Source: Podarcis vaucheri (lineage: Eukaryota). Taken from it: 64,000 nucleotides of DNA. Under the pieces are notes generated by a model, which was given only the letters and a program-made list of their open reading frames with translations, was not told where the DNA came from and searched no databases. The stretch lies in assembly GCA_965113315.1 (NCBI GenBank), contig OZ220382.1. One strand, given 5' to 3'. The position numbers and the translations under genes were made by a program. Position 1 is the first letter of the stretch. Every line of letters starts with the position of its first letter. Shown here one piece after another: positions 13,916-25,470 of this stretch.

Positions 13916-14393
13916 CTTTAAGCTTTGTGCAATGATCCTCATGGCAAAATAACTTTCCCTAACATATTTGCATGCTTCCTCATCATATGTGGGTCTGGGA
14001 ATTCTTTATGCATTTTAATGCCCCTTTAACAGGATCTCCAATCTCATTTTCAATTGGGCATATGTCGAGTTAGTAAGCTTTGCAGGGGTGAAGCTATGCC
14101 TACTCATTGGATTCTGGGATGCTTTGGTAAAAATACAAGTTACCCCAAAATGCACAAAAAAATCCAACCAAAACTGAAAAAAACAAAAATCAATGCTGAA
14201 AAAATATACTGAAAAAGTGTATAGAGACTAGATTAACCTAAATTTGGACACAAAGCTAGTAGATGGGGAAAAGAAAAAAGAAAGGGGGGATGGGTCTCTA
14301 ACCTCCTTAGCAAGAACAAAAGAGCAAAAAGAAGTCTCAAAACAAAACTCAAAAGGCAAACCATTTCTCTCAACAATCTATGGTACATACTGC

Positions 14394-14407
14394 CTGGGCC
14401 CCAAACC
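14394..14407 (-). promoter_or_regulatory. Primer-binding site of the half-tRNA-iMet (Drosophila copia) type
   Basis: Minus strand GGTTTGGGGCCCAG versus canonical GGTTATGGGCCCAG, abutting the ...CA end of the 5' LTR. Confidence 0.75.
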
Positions 14408-14966
14408 TGATGTTAGAGAGAGTGGTTTGGAAAAGATATTCTTACTCTTTCATAGCAGAGTTAACACAGTGGCAATTGCTCCAAGCATACTAAAACTTGG
14501 TTAGATTTACATCTGCCACCATCCACCTTTAAAGAAGTGTTCCCCATAAAAATACTTAGGCTAGAGTAAATTACAGACACTTAGCTGTTCAAATAAGTGA
14601 AGATTTTACTCACAGAATTTCAGAAGTTACAGCAAACAAATCTCCATCCATTGGCAGTAAAATAAAGAAGGAAAAGGTTCCAATCGACATAACAAGAAAT
14701 AACTTGGGTTTCCTTACAAAAGAATCATGCAGTCTTTGTGTTTTTGCAAAGATGCAGGCAGTAGAAATCTCATTTTAGAGAGATTCATTCACTTGCTTTT
14801 CTACATGAGCTGGGAGCCGTGTTCGGCTTCAGCTTCTTGGAGAAAGCACAATAGAGTGGGGGAGGAGAGAATCAAAGGTTGCTGAGAGCCTGCTATGCTC
14901 CATCCATGGTAACTTGGGCTCAGAGCTCAGTTTAATCCTTTCATGCACACATGTGAGTCAGTAGCT
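14408..14966 (-). repeat. 5' LTR of the Copia element, apparently truncated at its outer end
   Basis: Colinear with the left LTR and directly followed on the minus strand by a PBS-like motif. Confidence 0.85.
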
Positions 14967-16580
14967 TTTCCCTTCTGTGGTTTCCAGCAACTGGTATTTG
15001 GAAGCATGCTACCTTCAAGCCTGGAGACAGAGCATTGCTTCTTCTTCTGAGGGGGCTTATGATTTCTACCCCCAAATTCTTCCCTGGTAGCACTACTGGC
15101 TGCCGGGGGTATAGGAGAACTCATGAGCCCTGATGGTTCCCTGCTCTCCAGGTGGCTGGGTCTGTGAACCACAATTTACTTTAAAAACACACACACACAC
15201 TGGACAGTCCAGGTCATAGTGATAAATTAAAACAGCACCTTCTAGTCAACCTTGGTGAACTGCTACCACCAGGTATATCCAAGGGAAACATGCCTTACAC
15301 CAATTCCATTGACTGGTGGCAGTTCTCCAGGGTTTCAGACTGGGTTCTCTCCCAGACTTACCTGGAAATTCGTGGAACTGACCTGGGGATCAGCTGCATG
15401 CAAAAGTGCATCCTGTACCACTGAGCTGTGCTACCTACCCAAAGCTTATCCAAAGCAGGTGTCAGAGAGTACTTTTCCCAGAGTGTCATTGAACTTGGAG
15501 ACATCCTTGGCTGTAGTTCATTCCTTCCTCCATAGAATTCACAAAGCCCCTCTGAGGTGGTTATTAAGCTAAGAGAGCATGACTTGCCCAAACCACTTGA
15601 TAAAAATGCCCTTGTTTTATTAGCTGGCCTACTCACTTACAGCAACTGGATGCAAAAGCAGTTCCCCATATTTCCTCGTATTTTTGTTTCTAAGTCACAT
15701 AAATCTTTATATGCTAAATATTGGTGCAAGCACTAGGCTCTATTTTAAATTGTGGTAACCTTTCACCACCTAAATTTCCTAATCTGATTATCTCCTGATC
15801 CCACTACCTTTGTAAAATACTTATTTATATTCCAGCTCGGCTATACTGCAGTGCAATAAAATGCTGGCAGCTTGTTACCTGCTTTTATTGGCAGGTTTCC
15901 CACTTTACAATTTAAATCATAAATGGCTTGAGGGGAGAGAAAGAGAGAGAGAGAAGGAGGGAACTTCTGATTGGCTTCAAATATTTTGAGTTTTCCCTTC
16001 AAAGTGATCCCATTAAACTCTGCTTTAATTGTCTTCAAGCAGGTTGAATGAATGTTACATCACCGTCTTTGTGAATATTAAATGCTCCTTTCTTGTAATT
16101 ATGTGTGCATGAGAAACCTGGCATTTTTCACTGTCGTCTAAACATTGGACTCAAATTGGTACTTCAGTCCAACGCTTAATGAAGAAAGGAAAGGAAGGTT
16201 AAGTGTTCCTCAACAGCAAGGAAAACAGAATCAACATTCCTCACTTGTTTGTAGGAACACAATGAATTACTGCACTCTCCCATCTCTTTTCTTGTTTCCT
16301 CTGTAAAGTATTGTGCAATTTTCTCCATCACTTATAAAATATTCAAAAGCCCTGTATTCTCACCATTCATTTTAGTGATTGGCTTTGGCAATGCCATGTT
16401 TGAAAATCTATGGGAGCTAACATTTCTGAGGAGTTAGTAGAGACAATTGTTCATTAAATGAATTCTGTGAAGTGGGTGACAGTGCGACTCTCCCAGGACT
16501 GCTGAAGAACACCGAAATCCCAATCCCTCTTGTGAGGGATTTTTTGTTTACAGTGTATTTCTGCACACTTCCATTTTTGG

Positions 16581-16631
16581 TGAATTTTAGAATCCACCTT
16601 CTATGAATTTTAGAATCCACCTTCTATGAAT
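16581..16631. repeat. Perfect 23-bp tandem duplication
   Basis: TGAATTTTAGAATCCACCTTCTA twice, then TGAAT. Confidence 0.9.
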
Positions 16632-16774
16632 AATAAAATATCTATCTGTCTCGCACCCAAAGGAACCTGGAAATATTATGAGGATAATTAACAGGATTAC
16701 CTATGGTGGGGTTTAAAGCTTAAAGCAAATGAAAATGGAAAAAAAAAAATCAGTATGACAAGGAATTGAATGTA

Positions 16775-17016
16775 CAGTGGTACCTCGGGTTACATACGCT
16801 TCAGGTTACATGCGCTTCAGGTTACAGACTCCGCTAACCCAGAAATAGTGCTTCAGGTTAAGAACTTTGCTTCAGGAGGAGAACAGAAATCGTGCTCCGG
16901 CGGCGCGGCAGCAGCAGGAGGCCCCATTAGCTAAAGTGGTGCTTCAGGTTAAGAACAGTTTCAGGTTAAGAACGGACCTCCGGAATGAATTAAACACTTA
17001 ACCTGAGGTACCACTG
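16775..17016. mobile_element. Tigger-like MITE
   Basis: TA-CAGTGGTACCTCGGGTTA...TAACCTGAGGTACCACTG-TA. Confidence 0.9.
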
Positions 17017-17930
17017 TACAGCTGTATAAATCAACCTTGAAAACAGGTGTTCTGCTATTTCCCATGCTGGAAAACAATGGGTGACATTCAGTGTTACAGT
17101 AGGTGCATTGATTACGGCGTGTCTACTCTGAGTAATGACTTAGTTGGATATCACCCATAGGTTCTCAAATGCATATGAAATTGCTTCACACCAGGTCAAA
17201 GTATTTGCCTCATGCAGAGCTTCTCTAAGGCCCAGGGCAGGAATCTTGTTAGAATGAAACTATGAACTAAAAAGAAAAAAGTGGCCAGTCCCTGGTGGGG
17301 TCCCCCAGTTGGTTAACCCCTCTGAGGCCTGGAGCAAGTGTACCCAGCTGTCTCCCAGCCCACTCTACACAGGCGCGGCAGGGAACATGAGACCTCAGGC
17401 TGGGAGGCTAAGCCTCTCTAGCTGGCTCTCAGGACTTTGCCCAGGCTACAACCCTCACCATTTCTGTTTTGCACCCTTCTCAAGTGTTTTTGCCTGGCTT
17501 GACTATGACATTGGATTGATAAGCCTAGAAAGGGAAAGGTGTGTTAGTGAGTGTAGAAACTTGGCTATTGTACAAAGGTAGAATTGACATGTGGTTCTTT
17601 GCCGACTTTTGCCTCTAGCTTTGCCCACTGCTAGAATGTGGTTTCTGGAGATTGCCCATAGGTGAATGTGACCTGAGTTGTAGTGTCTTTTCCTCACCAG
17701 TTGCTATGCAAGCCTTTTAACCCAAGGTTCTCTTGCAGGATCCAAGAGTATGCAAAGCCTCTGTGCTATGTCGCTATCAATTGGGTGTGTGTGTGGGGGA
17801 AAGATGTAATCATATTTTAGTTTAAATGGCTGGTAAGTCATGCCCATAACCTTCCATTTGGTTGAGAGAGTCCTTGTCAAGTGAATGTCAAGGAGCCATT
17901 TCGTCATGCCAAGATTCCAAGTTATGTATA

Positions 17931-18156
17931 CAGTGGTACCTCAGGTTGCAAATACCTCGGGTTACAGACTCTGCTAACCTGGAAATATTACCTCGGGTTA
18001 AGAACTGTGCCCCAGGATGAGAGCAGAAATCATGCACCAGCGGCGCGGCAGCAGCAGGAGGCCCCATTAGCTAAAGTGGTGCTTCAGGTTAAGAACGGTT
18101 TTGGGATAAAAACGGACCTCCAGAATGAATTAAGTACTTAACCTGAGGTACCACTG
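17931..18156. mobile_element. Tigger-like MITE
   Basis: TA-CAGTGGTACCTCAGGTT...AACCTGAGGTACCACTG-TA; interior matches the other copies. Confidence 0.9.
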
Positions 18157-18302
18157 TACATTGTTGAATTACGCAATACACAACTTCGAAGTCTCTGATG
18201 TTATCTAGATCTAAGGTATAGAGATACAGAGGTACAGAAGACAATCATAACACTTAGTGAAAATGGTAAAGGAAAACTATATTCAAAGAGATCACTGTAC
18301 AG

Positions 18303-18719
18303 TAGGAAATGGATGGATCTGTCAATTTCAGTTCTTTCCATTTCTCATTTTCCCATCATAAATTCAGCTCTTCACATTTCTAGAGCAATTTGTGATTAAA
18401 AAAGAAGAATCGTCATGAAAACCCATCAGCATTTTAGTCTGAATTGCTCCTAATATACAGACGTTTATCTGCAGTTTTGACCAATGTGCACATTTTTCAC
18501 GAGCAATTTTTGTATATTTCTTTCATGAAAACATTCCATTTTGTGCACACTTTCTCCAATAAATGCATTTATTTTTCATAAACATTTATTGGTTGGCAGA
18601 CTGCATCGCAAACGCCACATAATGCAAATTTTGAAGGATGGCTGTGTTTCGGTTCTCATCCTGTTTCAAAAAGTGTGAATTTGATAGAGCCACTGAACAG
18701 AATTTCTCCCCCAACTCTA
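18303..18719. mobile_element. Old AT-rich dispersed repeat with TAGG(G/A)ATG-like ends (hAT-like); related copies at ~20810-21110, 23437-23869 and 36959-37295
   Basis: Shared motifs (GATCTGTC, GAAAAATGAGAAACTG, GAATTTCTCCCCCA) in both orientations. Confidence 0.55.
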
Positions 18720-21251
18720 CCAAACAGTGGCAAAATATATTTTGCGATTGAAGGTCAACTTAATGGATCATGGCCACGGCTCCTGAAATACAGGATGCTC
18801 ACATTCTGATCATTCTAAAATAGAATAAAATAATTGATTAACAAAGCAGAAGTCCTTGCATCTATTTTCATGCTCAATATAGTGCTCCATGTTCCTTGTG
18901 AATGAACCAGAGCTTAAACAGTGCGGAAATGAAAATGAATGAAAAACACAGTTTCATTTAACCATATACAGCTCTTTTCATAGAGAGTTCCTCATCTCTC
19001 CCAGTCATTATAAGCTGCACACTTTCCCATTTATAAGAACATAAACCAGTGTAAATACATTTTGGGAAGTAGGATTCTTTTAAAAAAACCACAACAGTGA
19101 AATTTTTGAAAATCTCATTTCTCCCTTGTGATATAGGGGTAATAATGGCATAATGATCTCTTTGACACTCCATAGAAAAATATATTATGCAACCTAGCGT
19201 GCCTTGGGAGTTTGACTACAAAGGTTAAGAGTTCTGTGCTGTGTAATAAATTAAAATTAATTTCATAGTTTTGTGTTGGGATAAAATGAATGCATAGCAG
19301 ACAGGAAACAGAGAGTGGAGGGGGAAACTTCCAACAATTCTAGCAACAGGAGAAGTGAATAGCACTTGAAAATATATTTTAAGGATTACAGGATAAGCCC
19401 TGGGAAAGTAGCTACAGAGGAGCACAGGACTTGAGTGGATGGATTATTGGGGTCAGTTCTTATGTATCTTGGGAGAGCAGATTGATTTGCTCTTCACAGC
19501 ACACACTGGCACTTGTTTAATATTTTAATAGGTGGGTGATGGAAAAAGCCACTTGAGACCATTTCAAAGGCAGTTCAGACGGCTATTTACTTGGTGGCAG
19601 TGACTTACACATTTACTCGTCAATACAGCCTGCAAAATACAAGCATCTGAGACCGGATGCAAGACAGGGCTGGGCCTCTGTACCTTTTGCAGTTGAGTAG
19701 AAGAGTTTCAGCAGAGGGAACTCCCCTAATCCTAGGACTGCTAAAGCACATGAAGGGAGATGTCCCATTTGAAGCCCATCTGCCATGTTCCATCTTCAGG
19801 CAGGTTTCTGGCTGCCACCACAAATCTCCCTCTCCCTCTCAAGCAAGTGATGGGTGAACTCTGACTGGCCATTCTGTATCATGTGCACCTTGGCTCACTG
19901 GTCTGCTGGCCAGTGCCACAAGGCCAGCTTCATAACCTATGATGGGGTCGACAACATGCACCCAAGGGTGCCAGTTTGCCTCCCAGTATGATGCCTTTGA
20001 AAGGTCTTACTAAATATCCCCTTAAAAATCCACAGAGCACATGTGACTGCTTGCTCTTCCTGTTTGAATCCCCCTGATTAAACATGACCAAATTTCATTG
20101 GATAATCCCAGGACTGGACACCCACCATTGTCTCTGTTCTGATGTGAGGAGAGGGGCAAAGAGCTTCTCCCTGTAAGCAGTGACTGGTGAAGTGTTTCTT
20201 CACCACTGTTGATGGTGGTGGTGGTGGTGGTGGTGGACGTACCCCAGCAGTTTGTGCTTCAGTCTCATTTACTGCTCTTTTACACATGGCAGTCATTTTG
20301 TGCAGTGGTGGAGCTTCATGCTCCAGCACTTGGGGGCGGGGCGGAGAGCAGGCAGGGGTGGGGCTGGTGCGTGTCCTGTGGGCATGTTGTTCTGCCCATA
20401 GGGGCGTGGTGTGCATCATGGGGGCATGGTGCACCATCCATAGGGGCATGGCGCCCAGCGCAGATGGGGGGCAGCCGCAATGGCACCCCACCGGGATTGC
20501 GCTGCCAGGGGTGGTGCGCTCTCCCCCGCACGCCTCTTTCCTCCACCAGTGATTTTGTGTTATGCTGGGCCATCCATTTTGTGACTGCTGCCCATGCCAA
20601 CTCTTACAGAGGCAGCTAAACAAGGTGATAAACTTTCCCGGTAAATTGGCAAGAAGCAAATGTCTTATCCAAAGCAAAAAAGTGTGAAAACATCTGGAAT
20701 GCCATGGAGGGCTGTCTTCTGCAGCTCCAGGCATGCATTTCCAAGCTTTTGCATGCCTGATATGTGTTTGGATATAGGCAGCACAGTTATGTTTGCTAAA
20801 CCAAGTAAGAGATGCTGAGCTGGATAAATCTGTCCCTTTTGGTTTCTCTTCATGTTTCATTTCCCCAACCTTAAGTTCAGGTCATCCTATGCTTAAATGC
20901 TCGGCCTTACACCCCCACCCCCAAACACCACAACAACTTGCATGCATATTATTGTGCATTTTCATTTTGCAATTCCATGCACATTTCTCTGTTTATATGT
21001 ATTTTTGTACACAATAATACCTGGCAAAAACAATTAGCAGGCACAATTCCGCCTTCATAGGATGCCTTTTTGTATGTTATTTTCACTATTTATTTTTTTT
21101 GGCATTCTTGTTAGAGAATCTTTTCAGAAAGTGTTTGGTGAGTTCTCTTTACATTGTAATCAAACTTCTCTCTTGTCCCTAAGTAGATGCCTCAAGTGCT
21201 TTCTATGCCATTCTATAGTTATATAGAAGCTGTCAACTGAATCTATTGCTT

Positions 21252-21460
21252 GGCCCCATCTGCACTATGATACCACTTTCAACAGTTATGGTTTCCCCCC
21301 AAAACTCCTGGGAGCTGTAGTTTGCTAAGGGTGCTGAGAGTTGTTAGGAGACCCCTATTCCCTGCAGAGAGCTACAGATCCAAGAGTTCCCTGGGGAGAG
21401 AGAATTATTGTTAAGCCACTCTGGAAAATTTTAGCTTTGTAAGAGGAAGTATTGGAGAGT
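21252..21460. mobile_element. Dispersed palindromic MITE family (CCATCTGCAC ends); copies at ~1385-1500, 48460-48705 and 62165-62402
   Basis: Shared GATACCACTTT..AACAG..CATGGCTTCCC and GTTGTTAGGAGACCCCTATTCCC motifs. Confidence 0.55.
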
Positions 21461-22106
21461 CACTTCCAGTTAGTGTAGACAATACTGAGCTATACATTGT
21501 GATTCAGTATTGGCCAGCTCCCTATGTTCCTGTGTACATGTATGTAAAAGTGCACATACTGACCAAAAATGCCAGGTTTGCATCCCATTGTTACTTCCTT
21601 TCCAAACAGGAAACTCCCCAGCTGGCTTTGCAAAGAAGGCACATACTTGCACAGGGGAGGGGGATCTCACAATGCGAACTATCCTGTCAACACAGGGGAA
21701 TTACAAGTACATAAGAGACTCCCAGTTTTCAATGTGACAGCAGTTCTTTCTGGTAAGTATTGATAGTTCTCTGCAGAAACTAAGCATGCACGAAGAGCAT
21801 GGAATTCATTGCAGCATATGCACACCACCCAACCAAGGACATTAATATAAGCTCTACTTCTGCCAACTAGGAGATTCATACAAGATGGTGCATTAAACAT
21901 ACAGGACACAAAGTTAGTATCTGGTAAATGCCAGCTCTTACATTAATGGAGCAAAAGAGCTGTTCCTCCACACAAGCTGATTTGCGCTGCAGCGCCAAGA
22001 GACACTCATGCCAATTTTCATTAAAGTAATGTTGCAGGGTATGTGGCTCTGCTCCACAACTTCACACAAAAGTTTTTGCTTGGCTGCTTCCATGGAAGAA
22101 GGACAG

Positions 22107-22108
<2 letters not shown>

Positions 22109-22144
<36 letters not shown>
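22109..22144. repeat. (GT)n microsatellite
   Basis: Direct reading. Confidence 0.97.
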
Positions 22145-22146
<2 letters not shown>

Positions 22147-24399
22147 GTTATCCTGCTATACAAAAGTTAAATTCACATTCATTGCTCTGCCCACTTTTGC
22201 CACTGGCACAGGTGCTCTGGAAGATTTTCCAGAAGGGAATGCCGTCCTCGGGCTATCAAGCTTCCCCACCTCTGGCCTAAAGGTTAGTGTAATGGTGATG
22301 AGCACCCATCCCACTACAGTTGTGCTGAGAGTAGAGCTCAGGTCAGCATCAGAAGACCCTGTCTCCTTACTTTGGAAACACATCAGGGGCATGGTGAGAA
22401 CAAAGTTTGACCGGCTACCAAGGCAAGCCAAGATCTGCTGAGCCCCACCTTCAGGCAAGGTAAGGGAAATTAATTCGTATTGTTTTGATTCATAGATTTA
22501 TTAAATTAATACATAATTCATATCCTCCAACACTTCTCAGATGAAAATAGCGACACATCTGAAATATCCTAATTCTTATGCTAGCAATTGCTTTGTAGGC
22601 TGCTCTGCTGTTTTTTTTCACACATTGCTAAAGGTTCTGGTCTGCTGTGTTACTTAACCCTACAGCAGCCCTGTCCAATGAGGTGTATGTTTGGTTTAGC
22701 AGTAGCAGAGGGTGGGGCAGCAGCACTTTCCTGTCCTGGCAGCAAATTCATGGCTGCTTTCTAGGAAAGTGGGAGGGGCAAGGTGGTAGAGAAGTTAGCG
22801 TTGTGCAATCATACTGAAGAGAACAATTATGTTGCACAGTGCTGACCTCCCTACCGTGTTGTCCCTCTCCCTCCTCGTAAGCAGCAGGGACCCACCTGCT
22901 TGGTCAGGTAAGCACCACTGCCCTACCCAACGCCCTATACTAAATATGTTATATCAACAATTCAAAACATACCTCCACTGCTGCAGCACATACTCTGCTG
23001 ATGTAACTATGCTTTAGTATTTGTACATATGTATTTCTTTGCATGCAGGCTAGAATCAGGGTGCATCCACCACAAGCACTCATTTAAAGGCTGAACTTCT
23101 AGAGAACTTCTAAATCCTCAAGAGTGATCATGTTAGTGACTCACTAACTCACTATTGGAACAAGACGTCCCACAGTGGCAGGAAACAGGGACAAAATAGT
23201 GGTTTACAAGGGCGAAATTAAAAGAAAAAGAAAAAGGTGCTCAGTCTTTGATTGGGCAACATGTTAACTCGGATAACCAGAAGTGATGGATAATTCTCTC
23301 ATGCCAGCTCTGAGATTCTTAAGTGCTCAGTGCAAAGCAAGATGGTGTTGGGGGAAATCATCCAGTCTTGGAATACTTAATATCACTGCCTTCTAGAGCC
23401 TATCATGTGAGAGTGGGAGAAATCACGTGGGACAGGTAGGAATGGGGGACAAAAGTTTATTCAGTTTGTATTTACAGGTGAACCGACCTAATTGCACTTT
23501 CTGAAACAATATGTGGACCTAATACACTACCATCCTTTGGAATGGGCACTTCTCTTGTGTTTTGCAATGCAGTTTTCCAGCCAAGATTTGATTTGTACAA
23601 AAACACACATACCAGGATAAAATGTGGGTAGAAACACATATATTAATAAAATAAGATACAAAAAGGAGAAGCATACATATTGGCGGCGGGAGCGGCGGCG
23701 GCGGGGTGTTCTGCAAAAATGTGTACACTAATGCAAAATTGCACTAAGCAGCTGATGGGTTTTCAGGAAGATTTAAAAAAGAAACTTGTAAAAGTGTGGA
23801 GAATTGAACTTATGATTGGAAAAATCTGAAGCTGAGAGAAAATGAAACTGTCAGCTCCATCCACTCCTAAGGACAGGCCACAGGGTTCCTAGCATGAGGA
23901 CACTCTGAGTCTGCAGACTGCCAAGAACAGGTGAGACTGCCGAGAACATTGCAGGATGCAGCCATATTGTTGGTCCTCGCCCTGTGATGAAACTTCTCAT
24001 AACATTATTGAAGTGGCATGGGATGGAGCCACTAAGGAACAGCAACCACGTTGCTCTTCTAAAAAAAGAACCAGTGGTGACTGGTCCATTGGGGCAAAAG
24101 GGGCATTGCCCCACCAACCTGCCTGCCCTCAGCTGGCACCTGCCTGCCTGTCTGCGTTTTTACAGGCACCCAGTCAGGAGGTGGCCATGCAAGTCACTGG
24201 CTCTGGTTTCACCTGCTATCCATCTTCTTTTCTTCCACCCCAACAATCTTAATGGGCACCAGCCACCACTGATCCTAAGTAGCCCACTGAAAGCAATGCA
24301 ATGGGACTTGCTCAGAATGAATCTTTTACAGCGTTGTACCCAAGGGATGCAAATTCTCCTTCTGTTTTAGATGATTATCAATATGACTGAAGTTATACC

Positions 24400-25470
24400 A
24401 CTGGTAACCCGAACAATGCAGCACTTTTGTTTGTGAGTATTGCTGTATTATTTTCTTTCTATTGCTGACATTCTCTGTCAAATGTCAATTTGTAAGCTGT
24501 TACACCTTTAAATCTGGAAAACAGAGGGAGGGGGGGAATAATAATATTCCTGTGCAAAACTTACATTACCATTAATACAAATTTTACAAGGTCAAGAAGT
24601 CTAAGAAATGTTCCAATCGGCAGCTGGTTAACAAGACAATACCATTGGTACATAAAATGCAAAAGGGAGAAAGTTCTTAAAAACCTGCAAAGCCAGTTTA
24701 AACAAGTTTAAAAGAAAAAACCCTACAGAAACAAAACTGTTGTTAAATGTCCTAATTTCTTTAAGAAAAACACAATGGCAGCCACTGAGTTGAATCGAGA
24801 AATATCTTGAGAATGAAATGATGGAGGAAGTGAAGTGGACAACGTGTTCTCCAAGTGTAGGATTTGCTGAATGAAAACTAGAGGCTATCACCTGCAAATG
24901 TTCATTCACCTGGACCACCTTCCAAAACGTATTGGTGATTATCTTATAAGAAAGATGTCCTAAAATATTTCCTTTACAGGAATGTGTCCTCCAGGCATGA
25001 TTTGAAAATACAATAATTCATTGTAGCTTGTTATGTTTCAAATTTTCAAACTGTGTTGTTGTTCTTACCTACCTATGCTCTTTCTATTAAAAAAAAATCC
25101 ATTTATATCTCTGAATTACTAATATATAAATACAGACTATCACATATAGCATTAAATGTCACTCCATTGTCAGGCTGTAAACTCTACTTCAAAATACTCT
25201 CCAATGCCCTCATATATATATATTTCATATAAAGAAGCATTAAAACTGTACATTAAAAGATATGAACTTATTTGTGAACTACAAAAGTAGGTTCCTCCAC
25301 CACTTGCTAATAATTTTTGAAATGTAAACAAAGAGGTTCAAGTACAAAAAGTGTGTTACTTGTGACTTGGCAAAATATTTTGGCACCTGATGTTATATGG
25401 GTTCAAGGTCCTTTTAATAATTTGTCTCACTGATGCTCAATAAATCAGTTTCAAAATGCTTATATCTTTG
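24400..25470 (-). other. IL1RAPL2: Probable IL1RAPL2 3' UTR (distal end not determinable)
   Basis: AU-rich, repeat-free sequence right after the stop. ATTAAA at 25413-25418 (minus); 8mer seed matches to miR-26, miR-30 and miR-19. Confidence 0.55.
25323..25344 (-). promoter_or_regulatory. Adjacent miR-26 (TACTTGAA, 25337-25344) and miR-30 (TGTTTACA, 25323-25330) 8mer target sites
   Basis: Exact 8mer complements to the known seeds UCAAGUA and GUAAACA on the mRNA strand, 6 nt apart, in AU-rich context. Function untested. Confidence 0.45.

Larger units (their letters stand above)
10047..14966 (-). mobile_element. Degenerate Ty1/Copia LTR retrotransposon with both LTRs (gag largely deleted; pol broken by stops and frameshifts)
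   Basis: Direct repeats 10047-~10645 and ~14408-~14966. Pol remnants in Copia order PR-IN-RT-RH: LSVSALNKKGFAVHFEKGKC (13241-13456), SEVCGPFHVLSLGGIKYALIFLHD (integrase, 12592-12975), FGSISYASIPHQNRHKLDPRAERTIMIGY (SH3-like, 12217-12432), KLQKGPYRLKQAARAWNDKL...DKCLY (RVT_2, 11827-12066), LTKPLPRDSFENL (RNase H end, ~11410-11450). Confidence 0.93.

Noticed and set aside
20078-20860. 260-aa ORF and overlapping ORFs
   Set aside because: Runs through a GC-rich repeat fragment and a (GGT)n microsatellite; open in several frames because of composition; no recognisable domain.
22156-22458. 100-aa minus-strand ORF as a possible alternative IL1RAPL2 terminal exon
   Set aside because: No TIR similarity; its 3' end matches a dispersed repeat also present at ~27240-27290.
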